64,000 nt of DNA, taken from the NCBI GenBank assembly GCA_963707865.1, contig OY970175.1, positions 144,748 through 208,747 on the forward strand, given 5' to 3'. Origin of the DNA: an uncultured bacterium (GTDB lineage Bacteria > Patescibacteriota > Minisyncoccia > UBA6257 > 2-01-FULL-56-20). A program made the translations under genes and the position numbers. The notes under the pieces were generated by a model that made no database searches, was not told where the DNA came from, and worked only from the letters and a program-made list of their open reading frames with translations. Position 1 is the first letter of the stretch. The number at the start of each line of letters is the position of its first letter. Shown piece by piece: positions 1-8,886 of the stretch.

Positions 1-462
1 GATTTTTACGCCTCGGTCCTCAAGCCAGAGGCCGTTTCCTTTTGAAGTACGTTTGCCGTTCAGGGCGCCGCCGATGTGTAAAAATTTTGTGATGCGCGCG
101 GGGCCGTGCACGTGACACAACGTGCCCGTCCGAGAATCTTCATAGGCACCGGCGCGGATGAGGACGGCCGCGGGATAGCCGCGCGGTCCCGTCACAATAT
201 TCACGAGCCAGTGCATCCCGTACGTGAAATACACGTAGAAATGGCCGGCCTCGTCGAACATGAGCTCATTGCGCGGCGTGCGGCCGCGGCTCGCGTGCGA
301 GGCCATATCGCGCGGTCCGTCGTATGCTTCCACCTCGGTCACCATGAGGGCGATCGTTTTCCCGCGATAGCGCCGCACGAGGTACTTGCCGAGGAGCGTC
401 TTCGCGACCACAACCGTAGGTCTATTAAAAAACGAAAGAGGGAGTGCTTTTTTTGTCGCCAT
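1..462 (-). CDS. DNA-3-methyladenine glycosylase (Mpg/AAG family), 5' part in window; gene runs off the left edge
   Basis: Reverse-strand translation from ATG (complement of 460-462): MATKKALPLSFFNRPTVVVAKTLLGKYLVRRYRGKTIALMVTEVEAYDGPRDMASHASRGRTPRNELMFDEAGHFYVYFTYGMHWLVNIVTGP... matches conserved Mpg blocks (EVEAY, ASHA, RNxxMF, YVYxxYGMH). Not in the ORF track because the stop lies outside the window. Confidence 0.8.
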   Translation of the reverse strand, partial: MATKKALPLSFFNRPTVVVAKTLLGKYLVRRYRGKTIALMVTEVEAYDGPRDMASHASRGRTPRNELMFDEAGHFYVYFTYGMHWLVNIVTGPRGYPAAVLIRAGAYEDSRTGTLCHVHGPARITKFLHIGGALNGKRTSKGNGLWLEDRGVKI

Positions 463-538
463 ACTATAATATTAGAGCACCTGCCTTACGTTTTTGACAG
501 CATCCATCTTCGCATGATGGCAAAAACGTAAGGCAGAT
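463..538 (+). promoter_or_regulatory. Divergent promoter region: TATAAT at 465-470 (+), and a perfect 15-bp inverted repeat (481-495 / 522-536, 26-nt spacer) that ends 2 nt before the zwf ATG
   Basis: ctgccttacgttttt ... aaaaacgtaaggcag are exact reverse complements. The spacer contains a nested CCATC...GATGG repeat. On the minus strand TAATAT sits 7 nt upstream of the mag ATG, which suggests a leaderless transcript. Confidence 0.4.
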
Positions 539-2971
539 GTGCACAAAATTATGATAGATGAGAGGAAACAAACCATTCCTACCATTCTCGTGGTCTTGGG
601 CGCCACGGGCGACCTTATGGCGAAAAAGATCGTGCCGGCGCTTTTTAACTTGCATACAAAAAAACATCTGCCGCCAAAGTTCAAACTCGTAGGCGTTTCA
701 AGGCGCGCGTGGGGCGACGACGATCTCCGTATACACCTCCGCACCATTCTTAAAGAGAGGGTATCGCGCGCCTCCGCCGCAACCGTACGATCATTCCTTA
801 ATCTCGCCGTGTATCATCGGTTGGCATTTGATTCGCCAAAGGACTACCTAGCGCTCAACGATCTTTTGAGTAAAATTGACGACACGTGGGGTATGTGTGC
901 GAACAAACTTTTTTATCTTTCGGTCCCGCCGCAGTTTTACTCGCTCATCCTTGCCCATCTGCACCGCAGCCATCTGACCGACGGCTGCGGTCCGAACGAG
1001 GGATGGACGCGCGTGATCGTGGAAAAGCCGTTCGGCAACGACGAGAAGAGTGCGAAGGCGCTTGACGCCCAACTTGTAAAGCTCTTCCGTGAGGAACAAG
1101 TTTATCGGATAGACCATTACCTGGCAAAGGAGATGTTGCAGAATATTCTGATGTTCCGGTTCGCGAACGATCTTTTTGAAAGCGAATGGACAAGCCGCAC
1201 GATAGAGCGCGTGCATATCCGCCTGTTTGAGCAGATCGGCGCGGAGGGACGTGGCGCGTTCTACGACCATGTGGGCGCTCTGCAGGACGTGGGCCAGAAC
1301 CATCTTCTGCAAATGCTCGCGCTCATCGCCATGGAGCGGCCCGCGCGGTACGATGCCCACGCGATCCGCCCGCTCCGCGCGGAGCTTTTGAGGTGTCTTG
1401 CCATTCAGACGCCCCGTGAAGCTGCGAAGAACTCGTTCCGTGCGCAATACGACGGCTACCGCTCCGTGCAAGGGATTGGTCCCCGTTCAAAAATCGAAAC
1501 GTACTTTCGGATCAAGGGGTTCCTCTCCGGCGCGCGGTGGGAAGGGATGCCGATCGTCATGGAAAGCGGGAAGCGCCTCGGCGAGCCGCAGAAAGAGATT
1601 GAGATCGTGCTGCGCCACGAACAGCCCTGCCTTTGCGGAGGGAAGGAGCACCATCACAACCGTATTTTCATCAACCTTGAGCCCACGGAGGGGATCACGA
1701 TCAGGTTCCATTCAAAGAAGCCGGGACACACGTTTGAGTTTGAAGAGCGGACATTGAACTTTGACTTCCGGAAATCGATCCGTCGTGCGCAATATACCGA
1801 GGAGTATGAGAAGCTGATCTTGGACTGCATCGCGGGCGACCAGACGCTTTTTGTTTCAAGCGAGGAGATCGCCGCGACGTGGAAGTTCATAGACCCGTTC
1901 ATCATTGCGTGGAAAAAGAACTTGGTCCCGCTACGGCACTATGCGCCGGGCGGCCGTAAGATTGTCGCCGAATCGGCGGCGTTTGATGATGCGGTGGAAA
2001 AAGATGGGATCCTAGCGCTTCCAAAGGAAATAGGAGTTTTTGGGCTTGGGAAGATGGGCGCGAACGTGGCGCGGCAGCTGCGCGATAAAGGATGGCGCAT
2101 CATCGCGGCCAATCGCTCGCCCGAGCCCTTGCAACAATTGGAGGACGAAGATTTTGAAGCGGCGTATTCTCTCGCGGAACTTGTGGCGAAGCTCACGGTG
2201 CCGCGAAGACATTCGCCGCGCGTGATCTGGCTCATGATCACTGCCGGAAAAGGAGTGGACGAATTTCTCTTCGGGACTCGCGGTAAGGACGGCCTTGTAA
2301 AGCATCTCCAAAAAGGTGACATTGTGATAGACGCCGGCAATTCGTTTTTTGAAGACAGCATGCGGCGCGCGAAGCTACTCGGCAAACATGGCATCCGGTT
2401 CATGGACGTGGGTTTCTCGGGAGGCCCGCGCGGCGCGCGCTACGGCGGCTCGCTCATGGTCGGCGGCGACCAGAAAACGTTTGAATATTTAGAGCCGCTC
2501 TTTGCCGACCTCTCCGTGCCCTTGGGCTATGCGTATTTCGGCGATGCGGGCGCAGGCCATTTTGTGAAGATGGTTCACAATGGCATTGAGTACGGCATGA
2601 TGCAGTCCTTAGCGGAAGGTTTCGCGCTCATGAAAAAGTCCCCATTCAAATTAGATCTCGCAAAAGTGGCGCGCGTCTATAACCGCGGCAGTGTCATAGA
2701 GTCGCGTCTTGTCGGGTGGATGGAAGACGCGTTCCGCATTTATGGCAAGGAACTGCATGCGGTATCCGGCACGGTCGCCGCGACCGGCGAGGGTGAATGG
2801 ACCCTAAAGACCGGCCGCAAGTGGCGCGTGAAACTACCTGCAATAGAAGACGCATTCAAATTCCGCATGCGTTCGCAACGCGCGCCGAGCTATATGGGCC
2901 GAATCCTCTCTGCGCTCCGCAACCGCTTCGGTGGTCATGCAGTGGGGAAAAGAAATAAAACAAAAAAATGA
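539..2971 (+). CDS. zwf: Fused glucose-6-phosphate 1-dehydrogenase (N-terminal ~480 aa) and decarboxylating 6-phosphogluconate dehydrogenase, short YqeC/GndA type (C-terminal ~320 aa)
   Basis: N-terminal part has the G6PD fingerprints LVVLGATGDLMAKKIVPALFNL and RIDHYLAKEMLQNILMFRFAN. C-terminal part has the 6PGDH fingerprints GLGKMGANVARQL, IVIDAGNSFFEDS, GFSGGPRGARYGGSLMVGGD and GAGHFVKMVHNGIEYGMMQSLAEG. Single uninterrupted 810-aa ORF. Start could be ATG 539 or ATG 551. Confidence 0.85.
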   Translation: MHKIMIDERKQTIPTILVVLGATGDLMAKKIVPALFNLHTKKHLPPKFKLVGVSRRAWGDDDLRIHLRTILKERVSRASAATVRSFLNLAVYHRLAFDSPKDYLALNDLLSKIDDTWGMCANKLFYLSVPPQFYSLILAHLHRSHLTDGCGPNEGWTRVIVEKPFGNDEKSAKALDAQLVKLFREEQVYRIDHYLAKEMLQNILMFRFANDLFESEWTSRTIERVHIRLFEQIGAEGRGAFYDHVGALQDVGQNHLLQMLALIAMERPARYDAHAIRPLRAELLRCLAIQTPREAAKNSFRAQYDGYRSVQGIGPRSKIETYFRIKGFLSGARWEGMPIVMESGKRLGEPQKEIEIVLRHEQPCLCGGKEHHHNRIFINLEPTEGITIRFHSKKPGHTFEFEERTLNFDFRKSIRRAQYTEEYEKLILDCIAGDQTLFVSSEEIAATWKFIDPFIIAWKKNLVPLRHYAPGGRKIVAESAAFDDAVEKDGILALPKEIGVFGLGKMGANVARQLRDKGWRIIAANRSPEPLQQLEDEDFEAAYSLAELVAKLTVPRRHSPRVIWLMITAGKGVDEFLFGTRGKDGLVKHLQKGDIVIDAGNSFFEDSMRRAKLLGKHGIRFMDVGFSGGPRGARYGGSLMVGGDQKTFEYLEPLFADLSVPLGYAYFGDAGAGHFVKMVHNGIEYGMMQSLAEGFALMKKSPFKLDLAKVARVYNRGSVIESRLVGWMEDAFRIYGKELHAVSGTVAATGEGEWTLKTGRKWRVKLPAIEDAFKFRMRSQRAPSYMGRILSALRNRFGGHAVGKRNKTKK

Positions 2972-3636
2972 AAATCGTCGTGTTGCATGGTTGGGGAGAG
3001 GATAAAAGGTTTTGGGATACCTTCGCCGCTTCTTTTCGGAAAGGGGACGTTGTGGTATTTGATCTTCCCGGCTTTGGGAGTGAACCGAGCACGGTCCCGG
3101 ATTGGGGCATCCCGGAATACGCCGAATGGGTGAGATCAAAAATAGAAAGCATTCCTCCGGAGGGGAACGATATTGTACTTCTTGGTCACTCCTTCGGCGG
3201 AAGGATCGCAAGTTATATCGCGAGCCAGAGTCCCTATTGGCTTAAAGGACTGGTCCTCTATGCCGCGCCGTCCATACGGCGGCCTAAGCTTTCCATTCGC
3301 CTCAAGATTGCAGGTGCACACGTTTTGAAAGCATTTGGTGTTCGTGGGCGGGGGGGCAATCCGGAGCTGCGGGAGGCCGAGCAAAAAGGAATGGGAAAAC
3401 TTTTTCGGAAAGCGGTCTCCTTTGATCAAACCGCCCTCTTGAAGAAGATTAAAGTCCCCACACTCCTTCTCTGGGGAGAGAAAGATGCCGTGGTCCCCTT
3501 GAGTATTGCGCGCGAGATGCAGCGATTGATTCCAAAGAGCGAGCTCACGACGATAGAAAGGGCGGGGCACAGTGCCCATCTCAAAAATCCTCATTTGTTC
3601 TATGGCATCGTCAAACGTTTTATTGAAGGCCTTTAA
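2968..3636 (+). CDS. Alpha/beta-hydrolase fold protein, translationally coupled to zwf-gnd (ATGA overlap)
   Basis: GHSFGG nucleophile elbow, and a length and topology typical of small esterases/lipases. The start overlaps the upstream stop by 4 nt. Confidence 0.75.
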   Translation: MKIVVLHGWGEDKRFWDTFAASFRKGDVVVFDLPGFGSEPSTVPDWGIPEYAEWVRSKIESIPPEGNDIVLLGHSFGGRIASYIASQSPYWLKGLVLYAAPSIRRPKLSIRLKIAGAHVLKAFGVRGRGGNPELREAEQKGMGKLFRKAVSFDQTALLKKIKVPTLLLWGEKDAVVPLSIAREMQRLIPKSELTTIERAGHSAHLKNPHLFYGIVKRFIEGL

Positions 3637-4957
3637 TATCCTTTTTCCCTTCGGAGATTTTCTCTATATCCTCCAGCAGGAGGATTATAGCAGTCGTCGG
3701 TATTTAAAATGGCTGCCGCGGTTTTTTTTGCGGCGCAACATTCAGGCACGGGATCACCTGCGTTACACGACACGCGCCGGCGCAATCCTTGTGATCGCTC
3801 TTCTGCTTTGGCTTGCGTCGCTTGCGGGAGTGTTTTTCAACCAGTATGCTTGGTCCGCGTGGACGGTCGCGGCAATAGTGTGGTTGCTTGCGGTGCCGAT
3901 GTTCGTACTCGCAGCAAATATTGTTTCTATGCCGCTCTATCTGCCATTCAGGTACGCGCGTATACGCCGGGCCGCAGAAAAGGTGCGTGCGGTGAATGGC
4001 CTGCGCATTGTAACGATCGCGGGAAGTTTTGGTAAGACGACGACGAAGAATTTCCTGTACGAACTTGTGCGGCACCATGCGGCGGTCCAGATGATATCGG
4101 GAAATGTGAACACGCCATTAGGCATTGCGGGATGGATCATGGAACATCTGCGTTCCGATACGGAGATTTTGATCGCGGAGGTAGATGCCTATCGGGCGGG
4201 CGAGATCAGGGAAGGTTGCCGCATTGTGCCTGCCGATGTCGCCATTCTTACAAGCATCGGGCATCAACATATGGAACGTTTCGAGAGTGTTCCGCGCCTG
4301 GCCGCGGCGCTCGGTGAGGTTTTTACCTACGCGAAGCCGGGAGCAAAGTTGCTCGCACCGCCCGACGTTGCGCGCATGTTGGATCCTCTACTCGGCGGGC
4401 GACAAGCGATCGTGGTGAACAAGGAGGATATGACGGGTACGGGTTTGCACCTCTCGACATCAGCCCGTTCCGACCTTGCGCTTGCCGCACGGGCTGCGGA
4501 GCTCTTGGGCGCGCCGGAAAGATTTGTTAAAGATGCAGCCCAAAAGCTCACACTTCCCGACCGCCGCCAAAAGGCGACCGTGTGGCATGGCTACGATTGT
4601 ATTGATGATTCCTATAATATCAGTTTCCCGACCGCGCAGGCGGGAATCGCAGCCGTGGAATCGTTGGCGCGCGAAAAAGGAAAAAAGCTTCTTACGGTCA
4701 CCGCGGGGATTCCGGAGCTCGGACCGGCGGACAAGAACGGGAACGAACGCTTGGGAATGCTGCTTGCAGAAAAAGCCGATCACGTCGTGGTACTCAAAAG
4801 TATATTTGCGCAGGACATCGCCCTCGGCATTCCGGATCAAGAAAAATACACGGTCGTCACAAACCTCAATGCTTTTATTGAAATGGCCCCGAAGCGCTTT
4901 CCGCCGGAGCGGTGGGCGCTTTTACTGGAACCAGAACTCACCGACCTCTATTACTGA
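3572..4957 (+). CDS. Mur-ligase-family protein with an N-terminal multi-pass membrane domain (MurF/CapB-like)
   Basis: About 130 aa of hydrophobic helices, then the Mur ligase P-loop GSFGKTTTK and a central-domain-like block (DAYRAGE...ILTSIGHQHMERF). The true start may be an internal ATG near 3602, because the 5' end overlaps the upstream gene. Confidence 0.65.
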   Translation: MPISKILICSMASSNVLLKAFNILFPFGDFLYILQQEDYSSRRYLKWLPRFFLRRNIQARDHLRYTTRAGAILVIALLLWLASLAGVFFNQYAWSAWTVAAIVWLLAVPMFVLAANIVSMPLYLPFRYARIRRAAEKVRAVNGLRIVTIAGSFGKTTTKNFLYELVRHHAAVQMISGNVNTPLGIAGWIMEHLRSDTEILIAEVDAYRAGEIREGCRIVPADVAILTSIGHQHMERFESVPRLAAALGEVFTYAKPGAKLLAPPDVARMLDPLLGGRQAIVVNKEDMTGTGLHLSTSARSDLALAARAAELLGAPERFVKDAAQKLTLPDRRQKATVWHGYDCIDDSYNISFPTAQAGIAAVESLAREKGKKLLTVTAGIPELGPADKNGNERLGMLLAEKADHVVVLKSIFAQDIALGIPDQEKYTVVTNLNAFIEMAPKRFPPERWALLLEPELTDLYY

Positions 4958-4970
4958 TACTGATCAGCGA

Positions 4971-6098
4971 TCACTGATTGACGAACCGTTCCACGATGTC
5001 GGTCTTGTAATCAAGGTGTAAACGGCTTGCATGTTCCGCGTCTTCCACCGCCTGCAGAATGAGCTCGGAAATCTGCTGTTTGAAGGGGATCCCGCTCGCT
5101 TCCCAAAGGTAGAACGCCATAGAGCCCGGGATGGGGTTCAATTCCGTAAGGTAGAGCTTATGGTCGCTCGCGTACATAAAGTCTGCCCGGATCATGCCTT
5201 TGCCGCGGCATGCGACGAACGCCTTCTTCGCCAGTTCCTGTATTTTTTGCTTCAGGTCATCGTCAATTTTCGCGGGAAGTTCGCGATTGAGGGACGCCAT
5301 GCCTCCCTGCATCTTTTTTCCTCCGCGCTCGTATTTGTCCGCGAAGCTTAAGATTTCCTCGTTTGAAAAAGGCCGTTCTACTTCACTCGCCTCAATATTG
5401 CCGTGCAGGAGCCGCACCGCGCAGTTGTATTCCACGAAAGAGGACAAGTATTTTTCCACAAGGATCTCCTTGTCCATCGCGGCCGCTTCAAGGAGGGATT
5501 TTTCCAGCTCCACCTCCGCGCGGGCGATTTTGATGCCGATGCTTGAACCGAGATGCGCGGGCTTCACGATGACGGGAAGGCCAAGGCGGCCAGTAATTTT
5601 TTTTGCGCACTGTTCGGAACCTGCTTTGATCTCGGACGAAAAAAGGTCCATCCCCGGCACGACGTCAATGCCGGCCCTGCTCACCGTCTCCTTCGTGAGT
5701 TCCTTGTTCATCATGACGACCGATGCTTCCTGGCCGGGGGAGGTGAAGGGGATGCCCACGGCTTCAAGCAGCCCTTGCATGGGGCCGGATTCCCCCTGTC
5801 CGCCGTGCAGCGCGAGGTATGCGGCATAGGGATAGATCTTCCGCAACGTACCTTTTATTTTTATAAAACCTCCGTTCGTGTCCCTGCTAAATGTGAAAGC
5901 CCTCCGCGCCGCAGTGAGAAACTTTCGGCGGTCCCGGAGGCCAGGGATGCAAAGGAATTTCCCCGCCTTGTCTATATAGACCGCAAGCGGTTCATACATT
6001 TCCGTGTCAATGTTTTCTAGGGCTTGAAGGCCTGTCACGACCGAGACCTCGTGCTCCGCCGATACGCCGCCGAAGACCACGAGCACCGATTTTCTCAT
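4971..6098 (-). CDS. ddl: D-alanine--D-alanine ligase
   Basis: N-terminus VLVVFGGVSAEHEVSVVTG and ATP-grasp architecture. 375 aa. Confidence 0.9.
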   Translation of the reverse strand: MRKSVLVVFGGVSAEHEVSVVTGLQALENIDTEMYEPLAVYIDKAGKFLCIPGLRDRRKFLTAARRAFTFSRDTNGGFIKIKGTLRKIYPYAAYLALHGGQGESGPMQGLLEAVGIPFTSPGQEASVVMMNKELTKETVSRAGIDVVPGMDLFSSEIKAGSEQCAKKITGRLGLPVIVKPAHLGSSIGIKIARAEVELEKSLLEAAAMDKEILVEKYLSSFVEYNCAVRLLHGNIEASEVERPFSNEEILSFADKYERGGKKMQGGMASLNRELPAKIDDDLKQKIQELAKKAFVACRGKGMIRADFMYASDHKLYLTELNPIPGSMAFYLWEASGIPFKQQISELILQAVEDAEHASRLHLDYKTDIVERFVNQ

Positions 6099-6135
6099 AA
6101 TTTCAGTATAACTAAGAAAGCGCTATACTGAAAGC

Positions 6136-7110
6136 ATGATGCTGGATGACATAAAAAATTATGCGAAGCAGTTTGCATACGAACCGAAGGTAGAAAATGC
6201 CGCGAAGCTGAAGTGGAAGTTCACCAAGTTCGTGGTAATAGGTATGGGCGGGTCACACCTTGCGGCAGATATCATAAAGGCGTGGCACCCGGGGATGGAT
6301 ATCGTTGTTTGGTCAAATTACGGCCTCCCGCCGTTCCGCGAGAAGGATCTTAAAGAGCGGCTCGTCATCGCAAGTTCATACTCCGGCAACACCGAAGAAG
6401 TGATTGACGCCTTTCATGCGGCGCGGGCGAAGCGTCTCTCGGTAGCCGTCATCGCCTCGCGCGGGAAATTGATCGCGCTTGCGCAGAAGTTCAAGCTACC
6501 CTATGTGCAAGTCCCCGATTTTCACGCACAGCCGCGGATGTCCACGGGGCTTATGCTCATGGGAACACTCGCGCTTATAGGAGAGAAGACCTGGATTTGG
6601 GAAGCGCAGGAACTTGCGACCATGCTGCATCCCGTACGAGAGGAGTATCGCGGCCGCGAACTCGCGAAGCGGCTGCACGGATCAGTGCCGGTGATGTACG
6701 CCTCGCTTCGCAACGCCACGGTCGCGTATAACTGGAAAGTAAGGTTCAACGAAACGGGAAAAATTCCCGCATTTTGCAATGTGGTTCCCGAAATGAACCA
6801 TAACGAAATGACGGGTTTTGACGTCAAGGAGCGCACCGCGTCGCTTTCACGCAATCTCCACTTTGTATTTTTAAAAGACGGCGGCGACGATCAACGCATC
6901 ACAAAGCGCATGAGCGTTTTGGAGAAGCTCTACAAAGACCGCGGCTTCAAGGTGGAGGTCGTCCTCCTCCAGGGCAAGAATGAGCTCCATAAGATATTCA
7001 CCGCGCTCAACCTCGCCGACTGGACGGCGTACTACACCGCGAAGCTCTACGGCGTTGAACCCGAACAGGTGCCGATGGTGGAGGAATTCAAGAAGCTCAT
7101 CGGGCGGTAG
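6136..7110 (+). CDS. Bifunctional phosphoglucose/phosphomannose isomerase (SIS-domain, archaeal-type PGI/PMI)
   Basis: IGMGGSHLAADII SIS motif, 324 aa, typical size for PGI/PMI. Confidence 0.7.
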   Translation: MMLDDIKNYAKQFAYEPKVENAAKLKWKFTKFVVIGMGGSHLAADIIKAWHPGMDIVVWSNYGLPPFREKDLKERLVIASSYSGNTEEVIDAFHAARAKRLSVAVIASRGKLIALAQKFKLPYVQVPDFHAQPRMSTGLMLMGTLALIGEKTWIWEAQELATMLHPVREEYRGRELAKRLHGSVPVMYASLRNATVAYNWKVRFNETGKIPAFCNVVPEMNHNEMTGFDVKERTASLSRNLHFVFLKDGGDDQRITKRMSVLEKLYKDRGFKVEVVLLQGKNELHKIFTALNLADWTAYYTAKLYGVEPEQVPMVEEFKKLIGR

Positions 7111-7131
7111 GGCGGTAAGATTCGCGCCGGT

Positions 7132-7695
7132 TCAAGCGAGATTTTTTTCCGAATAGGCCTTTCGGTAAACGTCGCGGAGTTTCAACGCCATCACAAAAAG
7201 AATATCGGAATAGGTGAGTGGACTCCCTTGAAATATCGGATACTCAAACGCAAAATTCTGCACCCTTTTGAATTCAGGCCTGTCCCTCGCTTCCATGAGG
7301 ACGTTCAGGCACTGTCGTTCCAATTCAAGGAGCGAGTTAAATTGCTTCTCGCGCAACGCGTTCATGAAATCGGGTTTCAGGGTTTCAAATAGAAGCCCGG
7401 CTCCGCTTTCTTTGAAGAGCTTTTCGCCGAGGGAGTTTACGGTTCTCGGGCTGTCCGTTCCCGAATAACAGGATTGCTTGATAATTTCCCTTTCTAGGAG
7501 AACGTTATTGAGCGTCATGAGGCCCATATTGATTCTGCGAAGCATTCTTTCAATTTTCGGGAAGGCACTATTCGTATGGTTCGTTCTTACCACGAACTTT
7601 GTGACCAAAGCACTTAAAGCGGCAGCCAAAATCACCGCTCCGATGAGCGGATAGTTCTTGTTGATTTCCTCTGCGATAATGACCAAGAATTCCAT
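7132..7695 (-). CDS. Hypothetical protein, N-terminal transmembrane helix
   Basis: 187-aa ORF with a hydrophobic N-terminus and lower GC than its neighbours. Divergent from the E1/GNAT operon across an AT-rich intergenic region. Confidence 0.5.
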   Translation of the reverse strand: MEFLVIIAEEINKNYPLIGAVILAAALSALVTKFVVRTNHTNSAFPKIERMLRRINMGLMTLNNVLLEREIIKQSCYSGTDSPRTVNSLGEKLFKESGAGLLFETLKPDFMNALREKQFNSLLELERQCLNVLMEARDRPEFKRVQNFAFEYPIFQGSPLTYSDILFVMALKLRDVYRKAYSEKNLA

Positions 7696-7905
7696 GCGCG
7701 TTTGTTAGATTTTATTTCTGCGCTGCCCGCGACCATTCCATGTTTTCATTCCCGAGCATTATACTCTTTCTACATTAAATAATTGTTAACTACAAGTTTC
7801 TTTTAATAAAAATTTAATCTTTATTTGGGAGGATTTTAATGGGTGTTGTGCCATTCTCCGAGGAGCACCTTAAATTTCTGGTTTATGTCAAACAAGGAGA
7901 AACGT

Positions 7906-8886
7906 ATGGCAGATCAAACAAACATAATAGATTGTTACGATATTCCGGAGACAACGCACGAAGGGATTGTATATCGGCTCTTGCCAAGGCAATTCAATGA
8001 AAGCCGTTACCGCGAGCGCACGGACCGCAACATCGGATGGATCACGCAGGATGAACAAGATATCATCCGGAACACCGCCATCGCCATCGCGGGCTGCGGC
8101 GGTATGGGTGGCGAGCTCGCGGAAACATTCCTACGCCTCGGTGTGGGCGAGATTCGCATTGCCGACAACGAGTTTTTTGAAACCTCAAACATTAACAGGC
8201 AATTCGGAGCAACTCGGTTTACCGTCGAAAAATCAAAAGCGCTTGAAACGGCGAGGATGATGCGCGCGATTGCTGACGACACCATCGTGGTTGCGTGTCC
8301 CACGGGTATTTCTGAAGGTAACGTTTTCGATTTTCTGCATGGCTGTCACGTGCTCTGCGACGAAATTGAATTTTGGTGCATCGGTTCGCGGATATTGTTG
8401 CACTGCGCCGCACGGGAGCTCGGCATCCCCGTCTTCGTCTGCAGTGCAGTTGGCTTCGGTGCACGACTTTTCCTTTTCATGCCGCGCGGCATGACCGTGG
8501 AGGAATGCCTCGGTTTTGAGTACGAGGAAGCGGTTGATCTTGAGCGAAGGATACGAAGCCGGAATGCGCGGCCGGAAGAAGTAATGCGAGTTATGCGCGC
8601 GGTCGCGCGGAGCTTTTGCTGTGAATGGCCGGAATATTGCGCAGACGATTCGCCGGTAAAAAACCGCGATTTCACAGAAAGGCGGTTGCGTGAAGAGGGG
8701 TGCGGCTCGGTCGTTGCAACCAACCCGCCGTTCGCCTGCGGTTTCGCCGCCAATCGCGTACTGCTCAATCTCATCGCGCATTCCGGAATAAAGCGCGTTG
8801 TTGCGGAAATTCCCGAGATGCCGGGCTACTGCTATTTCGACGCTGCAAAGATGGAAGCAAAGGTTGTAAAAGGGAGGTGGTGGTAA
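7906..8886 (+). CDS. ThiF/MoeB/HesA-family E1-like adenylyltransferase
   Basis: Rossmann dinucleotide loop IAIAGCGGMGGELAETFLRLGVGEIRIADNEFFETSNINRQ, and a C-terminal Cys-rich region (CxxC-like FCCEWPEYC ... GCGS ... FACGF) typical of MoeB/ThiF. AAGGAG lies 6 nt upstream of ATG 7906. An alternative GTG start at 7843 follows GGGAGG. Confidence 0.75.
   Translation: MADQTNIIDCYDIPETTHEGIVYRLLPRQFNESRYRERTDRNIGWITQDEQDIIRNTAIAIAGCGGMGGELAETFLRLGVGEIRIADNEFFETSNINRQFGATRFTVEKSKALETARMMRAIADDTIVVACPTGISEGNVFDFLHGCHVLCDEIEFWCIGSRILLHCAARELGIPVFVCSAVGFGARLFLFMPRGMTVEECLGFEYEEAVDLERRIRSRNARPEEVMRVMRAVARSFCCEWPEYCADDSPVKNRDFTERRLREEGCGSVVATNPPFACGFAANRVLLNLIAHSGIKRVVAEIPEMPGYCYFDAAKMEAKVVKGRWW

Noticed and set aside
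106-531. 141-aa + strand ORF at the left edge
   Set aside because: Antisense to the Mpg (3-methyladenine glycosylase) gene, whose translation has clear family motifs. The + ORF product is low-complexity.
7839-8000. 53-aa ORF with a GGGAGG RBS upstream of the E1-like gene, as a possible precursor peptide or Ubl
   Set aside because: Overlaps the E1 coding start out of frame by ~95 nt. Does not end in Gly-Gly or Asn. The same RBS can serve the alternative GTG 7843 start of the E1 gene. Kept only as a low-probability note in the E1 finding.
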